Assembly: GCA_028534125.1 (NCBI GenBank)
Contig: CM052817.1
Coordinates: 4,218,001 to 4,282,000, forward strand
Direction of reading: 5' to 3'
Source: Lama glama
Taxonomy: Eukaryota
Length of the DNA stretch: 64,000 nucleotides
A program made the translations under genes and the position numbers. The notes beneath the pieces are model-generated. The model was not told the DNA's origin and searched no databases. It saw nothing but the letters and a program-made list of their open reading frames with translations. This document shows positions 13,250-26,925 of this stretch, piece after piece. Numbering within the stretch: the stretch's first letter is position 1; each line of letters starts with the position of its first letter.

Positions 13250-13650
13250 AGGCTTGTAAATGTCTGACAAACTCCTTGCCTAGTTGCTAAGGGCGCAGAA
13301 GGCGTCCCTCCAGTTATTTAGCTCATCTCAGAAAACGGGACTTGGAAGGCAACCAGTCTCTCTTTGGGCTCTTTGTGGTAAATCCCTTCTGGGAATGCGG
13401 ATGAGACATCTTGCAGGGCTTTTCTGGCAAAAGGGTTTGATGTGAAAGCGACTGAGTTATTAAAATAACTTAGTGGGCTGAAAAAAAAAACAGTGCAGGC
13501 AGAGAATGAAGAATTCGGAGCGGTTCTCCCAAACCTAGCCTCTGCACTTGCACCCGTTTGCTTCGCTGCTGCGTCCACTTGGTTTCCCGCTTCGCTCTGC
13601 GCCTGCGCCTGCGCCCCTCCCTCCGAGTGGCTGTGTCTTCGAAGCAGCAT
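13250..13650. promoter_or_regulatory. Candidate intronic promoter or enhancer
   Basis: Apparently non-repeat and locally CpG-retaining; tandem TGCGCCTGCGCCTGCGC (NRF1-like), GTTGCTAAGGG (RFX half-site), TTCTGGGAA (GAS). Confidence 0.35.
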
Positions 13651-16600
13651 TTATCAGCTCCAGGGAACAGAAGGTGGCTACCTCCCACCAAGGGTGGTGG
13701 CACTCAGCTGGTCAGAGAGGGAGAGGAGATGGGCCTCAGTTATCACTCCTGCTTAACAGCTAGTATTTAGCGAGCACCTGTTGTATACAGGGCATCGGGC
13801 TAGACTCTGTGACAAGTTAGATGTGGAATCCAGACTTGCAGAGCTGAAGGGGTCTCGGGAGGGGGTGGTCACGCCCTTGGGTATCTCTCCGTGGGGAATG
13901 CACAGCTCTGGGGGAGTGCCAGAAGATTTTAGGCTGCCCTCGGCAGCTTTATTTTAATAGTATTTATTTTAGTGTGTATTAGAGAAAATATAAGTAGCCC
14001 ATTAAGCTTGCGATTTTGTGGATATTGTTGCTTAGAATCAGGCTGAAGCAGTATGTTTTTAAGTCAGTCATTGTAAAGAAAAATATTAAGGAAATAAAAA
14101 AAGCTTAACACTGTTAAGTGTTCAAGTTGCAAAAGGGTGTGGGGGAACTTTCTGGGGTTCCCCCCAAAGTTCTCCATCTCGAGTGCCAAAACCCTTTGAG
14201 CTGCTGTCCCCTTAAAGTTGATTTTTTAAAAAGGAAGTACGTGTAGTATGTACTTTATGCAGGAGTTACAGCAGCTGCAACTGGACGGCGGTGGCACCGT
14301 CTAGTCCAAATGTTCATTTTTCAGAGGACAAAATTGAGGCCCAGGGAGAGGAGAGACGTGCCCACGGTCACAGAGTGAGCTGAGGGAAAGACGGCGGTCA
14401 GAGCCCGGGTAGGTGGCCCTCAGCTCAAGAGCTCCCTTTCCCACCCCAGACCCACCCTGCGACCAAGGCCTGCGTTCACAGGAGGCTGGGGCGCAGCAAG
14501 GGCTGGAGCTGAGGCTGCAGTGGTGGGGGAACCTGAGTGCAGGCGACGCGGAGCAGGTGTCGGGGCCAGGTGCAGGAAGGCCTGGGTGGGGCTCGATTTG
14601 GAGGCTTTGACTGGATTTGCCGGCTCAGTTGTCAAAGAATCTGGGCGTGGTGGGTGTACCTGGGTGTGGCTTGTTACCAAAAATCAGATGGTTCTCCGAG
14701 GAGCAGGTAGGTGGTGCGGGTTGTTAGAGTTGCTAAGGAATGCCCTCTTCTGTGAGGAGAGTCTAAAGACCTCCCCATGGCAAGAGTGAAGTCTGAGAAG
14801 TTTCCAGATCAAAGAACCAGAGTTTAGGTTAATGGAGGGGTTGAAGAGCCACGTAAACCCCTCGCCGGCGTCAGAAGTTACGGGTTCTCCGTTGGAGGCT
14901 GCCTGCATTTTGAGGGCTGACCTAAATCCTGCGATGTCTGGTCTTATCTTTACGTTCACAGCGCACAGAGCAGCGGTGGTCAGACCAGGCAGCTTCCTCC
15001 AGAGCACATGAACGTGAGGCTCGAGTAAGTTAGGACAGTTCATCAAAGCTTCAGCGGGGTGTCGTGGCCAGATCTCGAAGATGTTTGGCTTTTTGTTCCC
15101 ATTGGTTATGCAGTTTCATTCCAGGTAGAGTCATTGGCTGCTTTCTTCCTACCCACCACTCCTTCATTCTCCCTCCCTCCCTCACGTGGCTCACGGTGTG
15201 TCTGGCACAGCGCTGAGGACTGTCGTGGTTGCACGGTAATCACAGTTACATCAGCTAATGTCAAGGGAGCGGCCCAGCACTGTGTTAAGCTTCCACTCAC
15301 ATTATCCCATTTACTCCTCACAGCAACTCTGTGAGTTAGGGACGGTTATCTAACCATCCCGTTTTCCAGATGTGTGTCCCCTGCGCTCCCTAAAGAACAG
15401 CCTGTTTCAGGTATAGAACTGGGCATCTTCTGTCTAGAGATGTGGCTGTCTTGCTAAAATGGAGGGACGTATCCTGGGTGGTCTCCTCCCGTTGTGGTCT
15501 GGGAAGCTGATTTTAGAGACCTGCGTTTTCCAAGGTGCTTTTTAAAAGATTTTGCTTCCTGCCAGCAGCACCAGGGACATTTTCTGGGGCCCAGATGGAG
15601 TCTGTCGGGTTGCAGGGAGGAAGTCGGGCAGACGCGGATGCAGGCGCTGCCGGCTTCCTGGGCTATTCATCAAGATGGAGAGGCTGTTTCAGGGAACGCT
15701 GGCCTCCGAAGCCGAAGTCGGGAGCAGACGCGTTTATCAATTCCTGGACGCAGAAACCACTCAGTTCAGCAAGCGGGGCTGTGTCCCTGCTGTGTCAGGC
15801 GCTGGGCAGGGCCCTGGGGACAGAGAAGTGGGTGAGCCGCAGATGCTGCCCTTGAAGTTCAGGGTGCAACAGTCAGGATTTAGGTAGAATGAACCTCGAT
15901 GGGGGGGTACCACTCCCCAGCCCGTGATCTTGGGCAGGTCACTTAGTTTCTCTGGGTCACAGCTTGCCCCGCTCTGAAATGGGGGTGGGGTGAGGAGAAT
16001 GACAGCATCAACGCCACGCCAGTGACAATGTCAATGTCAAACTTAGGATCACTGAGCACACAGCACGAGCCAGCTCCTGGGAGCTGCTCCTCTCTCTCTC
16101 CAGAAGGTTCTGTGCTCTAGGCACCGGGGTAGGGACACTACCTGTCACATTCACCTTTCACCCCAAGTTTGGCAGGGACTCCACAAACTTTGTGACATGT
16201 TGTTGAAAGGATGAAGGCGATGGTGGCCTTGGGGGATTTGGAGCTTAGGGGAGTGGAGACCTGGGACCTCGGGCGGTGGGGAGGGAGGAGGGGCGGGTGG
16301 TGTTCCAGGCAAGCAGTGGGAACGGAAGGAGCTGAGGTGCAGAGGATGGGGGGCTGGAGGCCTGGGCAGGGGGTGAGAAGATGGGGTCTGTGAGGAGAGT
16401 TGGGAGCGGGCTGGAGAGGTTGGCTGGGGCTGCACTGCAGGTCTTGACTGCCAGCTGGATCGTGTCCCTGAGGTTCTGAGACGGTCTTTTGAGCCTGGAT
16501 AAGAGATGTTTGGCCTCGTCTCCTCCAGCCTGGTGGCAGATGAAGGCCTGCTCTGCACTGGTAGGGAGGTGAGAGGTGCAGCCTGGCCTGCTCGTGGGGC

Positions 16601-17134
16601 TTATGGCCTGATTGGGAGAAAAAGTCTCCACAGATATAATGAGAACTTGATAGAATCTGGCCTTTATGAGCAGATTTAATTATTGAAGTTTAAGTTAGGT
16701 AGTTTTTTCCCCGTTTCTTTAATCTTTGGAAAAGAGATGAAATGAACATTCCTTCCATTTGAGCACATGTGGGACAAACTGTGATTTACAGTTGGATCTG
16801 GATTCAGATTCTGGACTCAGTATTTCTTACCTGGGCAGCCTTGGGCCATGTCACTTGATTTCACTGAAACTCTCTTTTCCTTCCTGTGAAGTGTGAGGGT
16901 CACTCTTCAAACATAAGACTTGAGGGTCCAGTGAGACAGCCTGCGTGGAGCTGGGCCTGGACTAAGTCCACTCACCACTGGTCCTTTGCTTATGGGAAGA
17001 AAGGCTGCCAAGATGCCGTGTATTGAGGTAGGGGTGGTGTGGGATTGTAAATTAATTTTGTTTTCTGAATGCCTCACATTTTTTTCTTGATTAGCATGAT
17101 TTTACTTTTATAATTAAGAATATGATTTATAATA

Positions 17135-17600
17135 TGCAACAGAATATTACTCAGCCATAAAGAGAATGAAATGTTGCCATTTATAGCAACATGGGTGGAC
17201 GTAGAGATTATCATATTAAGTGAAGTAAGTCAGAGAAAGACAAATACATGATATCACTTATATGTGGAATTTAAAAAATACAAACAAATCTATACAAAAC
17301 AAACATTCACAGACACAGAAAATAGACCTACAGCTACTAAAGGGGAAAGAGATGGTGGGAGGGATAAATCAGGAGTATGAGGTTAACAGACACAAACTGC
17401 TATACAGAAAACTGATCAACAAGGATTTACTGTATAACATAGGGAATAAGACCTTGTAATAGCCTAGAATGGAAAATAATCTGAAAATATATATATAACT
17501 GAATCACTTTGCTGTATACCTAAAACTAAGATGATTTTGTAAATCAACTCTAGTTCAATTAAAAAAAAAGAATAAAATAAACTGGTTAAAGAAAAAAGAT
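17135..17600 (+). mobile_element. L1 3' end fragment
   Basis: gaatattactcagccataaagagaatgaaatgttgccattt...actgaatcactttgctgtatacc...A-rich tail. Confidence 0.88.
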
Positions 17601-20469
17601 TATGACTTATAAAGAAGAGCCCAACAAGCAGTCTGCTCAGTTGGGTCTTTGCCTCTGCAGACCCGCCTGTGCCCCCTGGCAGCAGGGATGGGGCTCATGA
17701 GCCCCCTGCCCGTGGTGCGTGGATGCCACGTGCTGCTCCGAAGCCTTGAAACTTCCTGGGCAGCCAGAGGACAGGAGACACTTAGACCCTGGTGCCTCTG
17801 CAAAGCCATTTGCTGACATGCTCACATGCCTTTCCTGGTGTCCTGAAGCTTGGCGTCCTCATTTGCTTCGGGAGAAACAAATGCAAAATGGCACCAGTCC
17901 TCGGCTCCAGAAAATCTGCTGGGTGTGAGCCAGCACTTGGGACTGTACATAAACCGGCTTCATGGAGCAACTCATGAGGAAGTGCACCTGCCCTTCTCCT
18001 GGTCTGAACTTGGTGCATCATAGCCGTCGCATCATTGCACTCTAGCTGGTATTCAACTTGGAATATGTCCGAGTTCAGGTAGCATTTTACATGTTACCCA
18101 ACCCGCAACAGTTCCAGAAAGCTGTCCTGCGGAAGGAAATCCTGCCTGAGTTTCATTCTCTCACTCACTGTTCTCTGAGCATCCACTCAGCACCGGGCAC
18201 TATAGTAGATCCAGGAGCACAAAGCACTAGACCGCAGGGCCTTGCACCTAAGAATGAATGTCCAGGGAAGATAAGCTCTGGCTGGGCAGGCACTTCTGTC
18301 TGTTCTGTGGTCCCAGTGATGAGAACCACATCCTTCAGAGCAGAGGCTCAATTAACATTTGTTGACTGAATGAATGTTTGGATGGCAACAAGACAGCAGG
18401 CGATGCCAGTCCAGCGTGGCCAGGGTGGCCATGTCAGAAGGAAGCACAGGAGCTGTGGGTGCCCTGAAGCAGAGGATGGAAGCTTCTGGAGGAGGAGACT
18501 TGTGAGCTGAGGAAAAGATGACGTCCAAACCGAGAGCAGCCCCTCTGGGCAGAGGGAGGCACAGAGGCAGAACCCACACCTGGTGGGACCTGAGAGCTGC
18601 CGGGGAGCCATGTGGAGGGGACTGGGCATCCAGAGAGCTGATGATGTGGCTTCCAAGGAAGTGGAGGCAGATGGGTTGAGCTTCATTTGGCCAGTGGGGT
18701 CAGTCTGGACCCTGAACCTGGAGGACCACCTGAAGCCATCTAGGGAGAAGAATGACGTCATGGGAACCTGGAGGACAGCTGGGGCCACCAGAGCCTGGAG
18801 AACAGACTGTCATTCAGAGTCCAGCCTCCCTCAGCTGTCAGTTCACTGGGGCACTGCCCAAACATGCTTTCACGTTTCTGTGATTGGCTCGGATGTGTTC
18901 TCTGTGTGCAACCAGTCAGTGCTTCTTCGTGACTTACCAGTGAGTACTTCTTTAAAAGCAGACAGACTGTGAGTTAGGCCTCTTAAATGAATGAATTTTA
19001 AGAGTTGGTCCTTTCAAAATTCCCACACCATTACTTAAATGAGGCAGAGAAGTTTCTCATGTCATTTTCTCACATCACCTCGAGTGTGCAGTGGGAAGAA
19101 CCCAGACCCAGGGTCAAATCCTGCTCCGTGATGTACTGGCTGTGTGACCAGGGGCACGGCTTCCCTTCTCTGAGATTCCTGAGCTGTGAGCTAGGGGAGG
19201 TGGTACCTGCTTCACAGCGAGGTGAGAGTTAAAGGGGATAGTGCGTGTCCCGCATGACAGTCCCCGCCCCGCAGAGATGGTGATGCCTGACCCAGTGGCA
19301 TCAGGGCTCAGTGTTGTCCATATTGATCAGAGTTCTATAATTAAAGTTGGCTTCAGGGAAGAGGTTACCTAGTAACTGGAGGTCGTTTCCTTCACATCTA
19401 TTGGACTTCCACTTGCACAGAGGGCAGCTGGGTCTGGTGGGCAGGACCAGACTTCAGCAAGAATCAGCCCCTTTTGAATCCCATTTCTGCCACATATGAG
19501 CTATGTGACTTTTCTGGGTCTGTTCCTAGCCTACGACTGGGCACAGTAATCACTCCCATCTCACCGGGTGTTGGGACAGGTATGAGAGGTCTAAAGCTGA
19601 GGGTTAAGCTGGAGTCTTCTGATTCCTGGTCTTGCAACCTCAACCTAATGTACCTGGCCTGGGTTTTTGAGATAACAGTTGTGTGTCCTTTTAGGCATTC
19701 TGTTTATAGTGATGCTTAAAAGCCAAGAACAACTACAAACAACAGTCAGTGTACATGTTTGTTACGTAAAGTTTTAAAAGTTAGAATGCGCCGAATATGA
19801 GCACAGGCTCAGCGTGACCGAGCGCCCTGCGTGAACTCCAGCCGTTGTATCTGGGAGGAAGCCCACCTGCTTGCCTGGGGCAGCCTTTGCCTTGCAGGTG
19901 GGGTCAAGTGGGAGAAGATGCTGGGGAAGGCTCCACTTCTGCTGACGTCCAGAGCGGAGCCCTGACCCTGGCACCCAGGCTGCGTGTTGGAATCGCCTTG
20001 GAGGCTTTAGAAAAACACCAGTGTCTGCGCCCCACCCGGACCAGTTACATCAGACCCTTCCAGGTCGGGCCCAGGTATGTGTATTTCTAAGAGACCCAGG
20101 AGGTTCTGATGTGCAGCCACTAGCAGTTGTGTACAAGAGCCACCAGGGGCGTGAGGGCTGCCTGGGTCCAGTGCGGGGACAAGACCTGGGCTTCGGAGTC
20201 AGACTGCCTGGCGCCTCCTCTTACCAGCTCTGTGACTATGGGCAAGTTCCTTCACCTCTCTGACCCGCAGGCTCCTCATCGGCCAAATGAGGAAAACAGT
20301 GTTCGCAGGGTTGTGAGAGGTGAAGGAGAGACCGCGTGGGGAAAGCCTGGCTTAGTGCCTTGCGTGGGGCAGGCACTTGTGCTGTTGCGGCTGCTCTTCT
20401 GATTAACTGTTAGCAGTCACGCCAGTCTGGTGGGATGCACAAATACACCTGTGTCTTCTGGGCTGCCGC

Positions 20470-21290
20470 TGGGTGTTTTCTTAGCTGTGTTTTCTCACTA
20501 TTCACTGCTAGTGTGTAGAAGCGCAGTTAATCATTGTGTGCTGATCTTGTGTCCTGACACCGTGCTGAACTTGTTTGTTAGCTCTAATTGTTTTGTGGGG
20601 TTTTTTGGACAGTCCATGTCATCTACAAGTAGAGATAGTTTTGTCTTCTTTTCCAATATGGATGCCTTTTATTTCTTTCTTTCTGGCCTAATTGCCCTAG
20701 ATAAACCTCTAGTACCATGTTGAATAGAAGTGACAAGAATAGACATCCTTGCCTTGTTCCTGATCTTAGGGGCAAAGCTTTCAGTCTTCCACCATTGAGT
20801 ATGATGTTAGCTGTGGGTTTTCTGTAGATGTGCTTTATTTGGCTGAGAAAGTTCCCTCCTGTTCCTGGTTCATTGAGTGTTTTTATCTTGACAGGGTGAT
20901 AGATTTTTGTCAGATGCCTTTTCTGCATTGAGGTGATCATGAGGATTTTGTCCCTTTTTCTATTACTGTAGTAAATTAAATGGATTAGTTTTGGATATTA
21001 AACCAGCTTTGCATTCCTGGAATCAATATCCTTTGTCATGGTGTATAGTTCTTCGTATATGTTGCTGGGTTTGTTTTTCCAGTATTTTGCTGAGGAGTTT
21101 TGCATCTCGATTTGTAAGGGATATTAGTCTGTAGTTTTCTTTTCTTGTAATGTCTTTGCCTGGTTTTGGTATCGGAGTAATACTGTCCTCATACAATGAA
21201 TTGGGAAGTGTTCACTCCTCTTCTGCATTTTTGGAAGAGTTTAGTATTGATTCTTCTGTAATGTTGGGTAGAATTCACCCACGAAGTCAT
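20470..21290 (-). mobile_element. L1 ORF2 (RT region) fragment
   Basis: Minus-strand translation KPTANIILNGGRLKALPLRSGTRQGCL..LLFNMVLEV is the L1 RT motif. Confidence 0.9.
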
Positions 21291-21804
21291 CGAGGCCTTT
21301 CTTTGTATCTCGGTGCAAAGTTGTTTAATATATACAACAGTTTTCATCTCTTTGCTGTGGCATTACAGTTTTATCTGAATTGTAAAGGAATGGCTGACAG
21401 GGCCAAGGCTTTTGAAGGATGAATTTACATCAGATTTGCACTTTTTTAATGTAAGGATGCACAGGCAGGAATGGTGGATGTCTTGTCCAAATCAGACCTT
21501 TGCCAGCATCATGACAGAGCTCCTTCCTCCCAAGCCCTTCTCCCCATGCCAGGCTCTGTGCCAAGCCTGGGTCAGCATCTCCCCTTTAATCTCATGGGTA
21601 CTGTGAGGTGGATGCTGTGGTCCCATGTTCCAGATGAGGAGACTGAGGAGAAGGGAAGATGCTTGTGCAGAACCATCAGCCAGTAAGTAGAGGGGGAGCG
21701 GGCTAGCCTGGCCCCAGCCCCGCAGGCCTTCTTTTGTCCCCTGATGACCAGAGAGAGTCACTGTGAGACTATTCTTTTTCTCCTCTATATGAATAAAAAA
21801 CAGT

Positions 21805-21990
21805 TTGTCCCAGAGCAGCATGCATTAGAATCTTCTGGAGGGCTTTTTAGAACTCACACTGCTGGGCCCAGCCCCAGTTTCTGATTCAGTAGGTCTGGGC
21901 TGGGGCCAAAGACTTTTAATTCCTAACAAGCTCCCAGTTGATGCTGATGCTACTGGTCCAAGGACCACACTTTGAGAACTGTTGTTCTAA
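21805..21990. mobile_element. MER5A-like MITE
   Basis: gcattagaatc...ttctgattcagtaggtctggg...taacaagctcccagttgatgctgatgctactggtccaaggaccacactttgagaac. Confidence 0.75.
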
Positions 21991-22349
21991 GGGAAGTGTC
22001 CAAATAAAAAAAATATTATCCAGGGGCCACAGATTAAATTGTGAGAGGCTAAGTGAGACCTGGATTGGGTACAGGAGGCCTGCCTATTTCTTTTGGAGTG
22101 TGAGATGGTACATGCTGGCCCTGGAGGGGGCCTGTCACTCAGCCCAAGTTCAGAGATAGCCCCAGAAGGAGTCTATGACCCCTGAGACTCAAACCTTGAT
22201 GGTGGCAAAAGGAGGTCTCCCACTTCCACATTTGATCAAAATTCAAACAGGAGACCACAGAGCCCCTAAGTCTGTTCAGAAAGCCTTCAGAACATATCCA
22301 AAGGAAAATAAAAATAGAGTAATAAAGACTTAATATTTTCTGCAAACTC

Positions 22350-22740
22350 TACCAGGTGTCAGGCACTGTGCAAAAGTGCTTTACATGTGTTAATACATCT
22401 AATCCTCACAGGCGAGAGCTGTTGCGTCTACTTTATAAATGGGAAGCTGAGGCTCAGAGAGGTTAAGTAACTTGCCCAGAGTCACGCAGCCAGGCAGAGC
22501 TGGAGTGTGTGCTGAACCTGGTTCTTCCAGAGTCCACCAGGCTGCCTCTAGAAGGCATCAGGGTAGTTTTTCCTCTTTCTGTTGATAGTGTAGTTGGAGA
22601 CAAGAGGCCACACACACATACAGTGCCAGATCTGGGGGACCAGGATTCCAAGTCAACCTCTATCATTTCCAACTGTGTCACTTAACTTTTCCATCCTCAG
22701 CTTCCTCATCTGTAACCAGTGAGGTTAAGTTATTATCTCC
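22350..22740. mobile_element. MIR SINE remnants (representative; others at ~2030, 8070, 14310, 15240, 16790, 19100, 20170, 25900, 44700, 46400)
   Basis: MIR core gaagctgaggctcagagaggttaagtaacttgcccagagtcac and cctcagcttcctcatctgtaa. Confidence 0.75.
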
Positions 22741-24609
22741 AAGGTCATTGAAAACCCCATGATATTATTTGCTACTTAGAAACCTTGGCAACAGCACTGG
22801 GGCTATTTAGATGAGTGTGTCTCTTGGTGGTTCAGTCTTATGATAACCTCAGCCTTCAGGACTGAGTGCTGATTGCACCAGGCCCTGTGCTAGGAGCTTT
22901 CCGTCTTTGTCTTGTGGAATCCTTATGTCAGACTGCGGAAGACATGAACTTGATCCCTTGCTGACTGCCTTCTAAGTCTGATAGCAGTGACTCTGGATGT
23001 CTTTTAAAGATTCATGACTGGAATGCAAACAGTAACAGTTTGACATGTTAGCTTAAAAAAACACCAATAATATGAAACAAAGTCAAAGCACACAGCTTTT
23101 TAGTATCACCGCGTCTATTTAGAAATTTTATTATGTGACGAATCAATGTAATGCTAGACTGAGAAAACGCAGAATATGAGAAACTACCGTTATGAAAACC
23201 CAGGACTCCCAGGCTGGACCAGCTAACCTAGCCCGTGCAGATCTAAATGAGTCCAAGCCCCTTTGAAAGTTTGCAGTGACTGGCCAGTGAACCCCCTCCT
23301 GAGAAGGGAGTAATTCTAAATATGCACAAAAGTGCCTTCAAAAGGAAGTTCAGGGCAGTTCCTCTCAACAAAGGAGCATCAGAAATAACCCGGTGTCCAA
23401 AACTCGGAATGAATGGGCTGTATGGCCTTGCCACTCTTCAGAGTCTTGTGCAAAATACTTATCTTAGGATGTGCAGCGGAGATAGAAAATGGTCCATGGA
23501 CACAAGTTTGAAAAATAAGCAAATACTGCACCTAGAAAAACAAGACAGGCCAGGAGGGAGAAATCAAATTGTTACCAGGCTCAGGGTGGGGTCGTGGGAC
23601 GTGAGAGAAATTTCTTTTGCTCTTCTTCTTCTTCTCCTTCTCCTCCTCCTCCCCTTCCCCTTCTCCTTCTTTTTCTGAGTTTTCCCAAGTTCCTTAAGTG
23701 AAGTAGAGGTGACTTTTTAAATGATGGGGAAAAAAAACTGGTTAGCCCTGTTTCAAAGCATAAGCTCCACTAGATGCCTCGAGGACTGGATGTTCCCTCG
23801 CAGAGCCTGGAGCGGTTTCCCCATCAATGCTTCTCCCCCGGTCTCACTCGGTGTTTGCCAAGGTCACCGCGGAGCCAGTGGTCAATAGCAGGTCAATAAC
23901 TGTCCTCAGCATCTGGGTCCTGGGGGACCTTCCATTTGGAGCACAACTAGCTCCCGAGTCTCTCTCCTGGCCTCCATGGGCGAGGGTTGCCAAGACTCCC
24001 AGCAAGTTAGGAGGAAGGAGGATGGGGGGATGGGAGGTGAGGGACTCGCAGGCCAGGCACCGGGGAGGGGGTGCCCTCACCCTAACCTGGCGGAGGGGTC
24101 GTGAAGAACATGGTATTTGTTTTGAAAAGGGAGACTCGGGAAGGGTTTTGTGGATATGCCGCTTCTGAGGCTGGGAGCGGCTTCTCATTCTACGTGGTGT
24201 GACTGGGATGGTCGAGACTGAGGGGTAAGGCGCCAGGGCTGAGGGGCTTCACCCGTGTGCTCCTCCTGTAAGTGCTTCTGGTTGACTTTGTGACATTACT
24301 TATCTTTATTGCAATTCTTATCTAACTGCGTTTTTCTTGATACCCAAAGGATACCGACCACCAGATCCGAGACAAGCTCTTCTATCAAGTTGAGCACTTT
24401 TAATTGCCTTTTAGATCCAAACATTACATGTTCATGGTGGTAAATCTGGAGAAGACAGATGTAGAAGAGATTAAAAGTCACTTACTCCCCAGTCCTCCGA
24501 GAACGGTGGGGACAAAGGCCCACAGGGCGGTCGTCAGGTCGGTTCTGTTATCCCAAGCGGGCTGGTCTCTGACCCGGCAGACAAGTCCGAGAAAGGCCAG
24601 TGTGCACTT

Positions 24610-24660
24610 TGACCCAGGGAGACAGTTGAACCGGGGAGACAGCTGACCCGGGGAGACAGG
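24610..24660. repeat. Three tandem 17-bp units (TGACCCGGGGAGACAGN)
   Basis: tgacccagggagacagt / tgaaccggggagacagc / tgacccggggagacagg. Confidence 0.85.
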
Positions 24661-25014
24661 TCTGTCTCACCTGGTGCTGACGAAGCAGGCCCTCGGCACG
24701 TGCTCCAGTGACGCCCCTTGGTGCAGCCTTTCAGGGGACAGTTGGGCAATGCCTCCCGGCAGCTGAGCCGCCACTCCCTGGGGGCGTGTGTGCACTAAGG
24801 AGTATGTGGGAGGGTGTCTGATAACAGCCCCTCCCCGCAGAGAGAACGGCGAAGAACAGCAGGGAACCACCTGGATGTCCAGTTGAAGAACTGGTGTGCA
24901 CGTGTGCTCTGCTCCCTCCGTTTTTTTTTTTTCTGTCTGTGTGTATGAGACAGTTCTCTTAAAAAACTAGGGCAGCATTTTACATGCTGTTCCCATTACT
25001 CAGTAAACACACTG

Positions 25015-25400
25015 CGTTGGTTTCCTACGGCTGCTGTGTGAGGGAACCACAGACGGTGGCTGAAACGATGGAAATCATTCTCTCCAAGCTCTGGAGGCTG
25101 GAAGTCTGAGGCAGCGAGGGAGGGTCTGTTCCAGACTTCTTCCCCAGCTTCTGGGGTGTGATGGCCATTCTTGGGGTTCCTTGGCTTATAGCGGCGTCCC
25201 CGACCTCTGCCTCACCATCCCTCGGGTTTCTCCCCGTGTGAGCCTGTTTACGAGGGCACCAGTCGTACTGGACGAGCGCCCACCCTGATGGCCTCCTGCT
25301 CTTACCTCCAGACGAGGTCACATTCTGGGGTCCTGGGGGGTTGAGACTTCAACATGTCGATGTTTTTCAGAAGGGAAAGGAACTTAACTGCTAACATGTA
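25015..25400 (-). mobile_element. MLT1 solo LTR
   Basis: ctctggaggctggaagtctgag...gggcaccagtcgtactgga...ggtcacattctgggg...acttcaacat. Confidence 0.7.
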
Positions 25401-26314
25401 TCAAGAACATTTTTCAGTGTTATCTGACACTAGTTTTCTATGCTTTTTAGCTGGGATGAAACCCTTTGAATAAGTGAAATCTTGAAACACATGTGAAACC
25501 CTCAAATTCAGGTTAAAGTTGGGGAGGGGGCGTGGTGCCCAGGCCTCAGAGGAGTCCAGAAGAAAGCAGGGCTGCTGGCCTTTGCTGTTGTAGGTATATG
25601 TTTGTGCATGTGCGCACATGTGTGTGTGTGTCAGAGTATTAATTATTAACATTAACTACTGGAACCGTTAATAGTTAATAATTAATTGTCCCAACTGTTC
25701 CCAGAGGGTTGGGGAAATAAGTGATTTTTTAATCTCATCTTTGTCTTCAGATTTTCCACAATGAATATGTAACACTTATTAACTAATCATTCATACTCAT
25801 TAATATTAATAACAATAATAATTAATAGATACTTATTAAACATTCATAATAATAATCAAATCATGACTTAATTAACAAGTTAATGCAACTCATGCTGTAC
25901 TCACAACAACCCAACCCCATGAGGGGGGTATTATTACTTTTCTCATTTTTCCCAGTGGAGAAACTGAAGCCAGAGAGGGCAGGTAACCTCGCCAGAGACA
26001 CACAGCTAATGAACAGCATCAAGATTCTAGCTCAGTCTGATGCCAGAGCCGGCCCTTGAGAACCCTCCACTCCACTGCCTTTCTGAGGCTCTAGGACGTG
26101 AAGCTCCATCGGTGAAGTGTAGGTGAGGCAGGGTGTATTTGTAGTGAGCATGAACAAAGTGTTGGGTTTTCTTCTGTATCACTTACTGTTACCTTGTGTG
26201 TCCATCTTTCATTTTAACCTGGGTTTCTGGGCATCCCTGTTTCTATCTGTGTTCAGTTGCAGATAACAGAAGCCACTCGGTTGGGTTCCTTTTTTTCCTG
26301 TCTCTGCATAATGT

Positions 26315-26925
26315 TTTTTATTTTTATTTTTTTAATTGAAGTATAGTTGATTTACAGTGTTGTGTTAGTTTATGGTGTACAGCAGTGTGATTCAAGTATA
26401 CATATATGTATATTCTTTTTCATTTTCTTTTTGTTATAAGATAGTGCAAGCTATTGAGCATAGTTCCCTGTGCTATACAGTAAGACCTTATTGTTTATCT
26501 ATTTCATGTATGGTAGTTTGTATCTGCCAATCTTGAACTCCTAATTTATCCCTTCCTGCTCCTTTCCCTTTGGTGACCATAAATTTGTTTTCTATGTCTG
26601 TGAGTCTGTTTCTATTTTGTAAATAAGTTCATTTGTGTCATTTTTTTAGATTCCACATATAAGTGATATCATACGGTATTTGTCTTTCTCTGTCTGACTT
26701 ACCTCACTTAGTGTGATAATCCCTAGGTTTATCCATGTTGCTGCAAATGGCATTGTGTCATTTTTATGGCTGTGTAATATTCCACTGTATATATACACCA
26801 CATCTTCTTTATCCAGTCATCTGTTGATGGACATTTAGGTTCCTTCATGTCTTGGCTACTGTAAATAGTGCAGCTGTGAACATTGGGGTGCCTGTACATT
26901 TTTGAGCTAGAGTTTTCTCTGGGTA
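26315..26925 (-). mobile_element. L1 3' end fragment
   Basis: tttttaattgaagtatagttgatttacagtg...gttccctgtgctatacag...tttagattccacatataagtgatatc. Confidence 0.9.

Noticed and set aside
24610..24660. CRISPR-like array or other prokaryotic system
   Set aside because: Repeats have no spacers and the context is mammalian intron; no cas, operon or horizontally acquired sequence seen anywhere in the window.
24660..24682. REST/RE1 site (minus strand TCAGCACC...AGACAG)
   Set aside because: Non-canonical spacing and imperfect right half-site.
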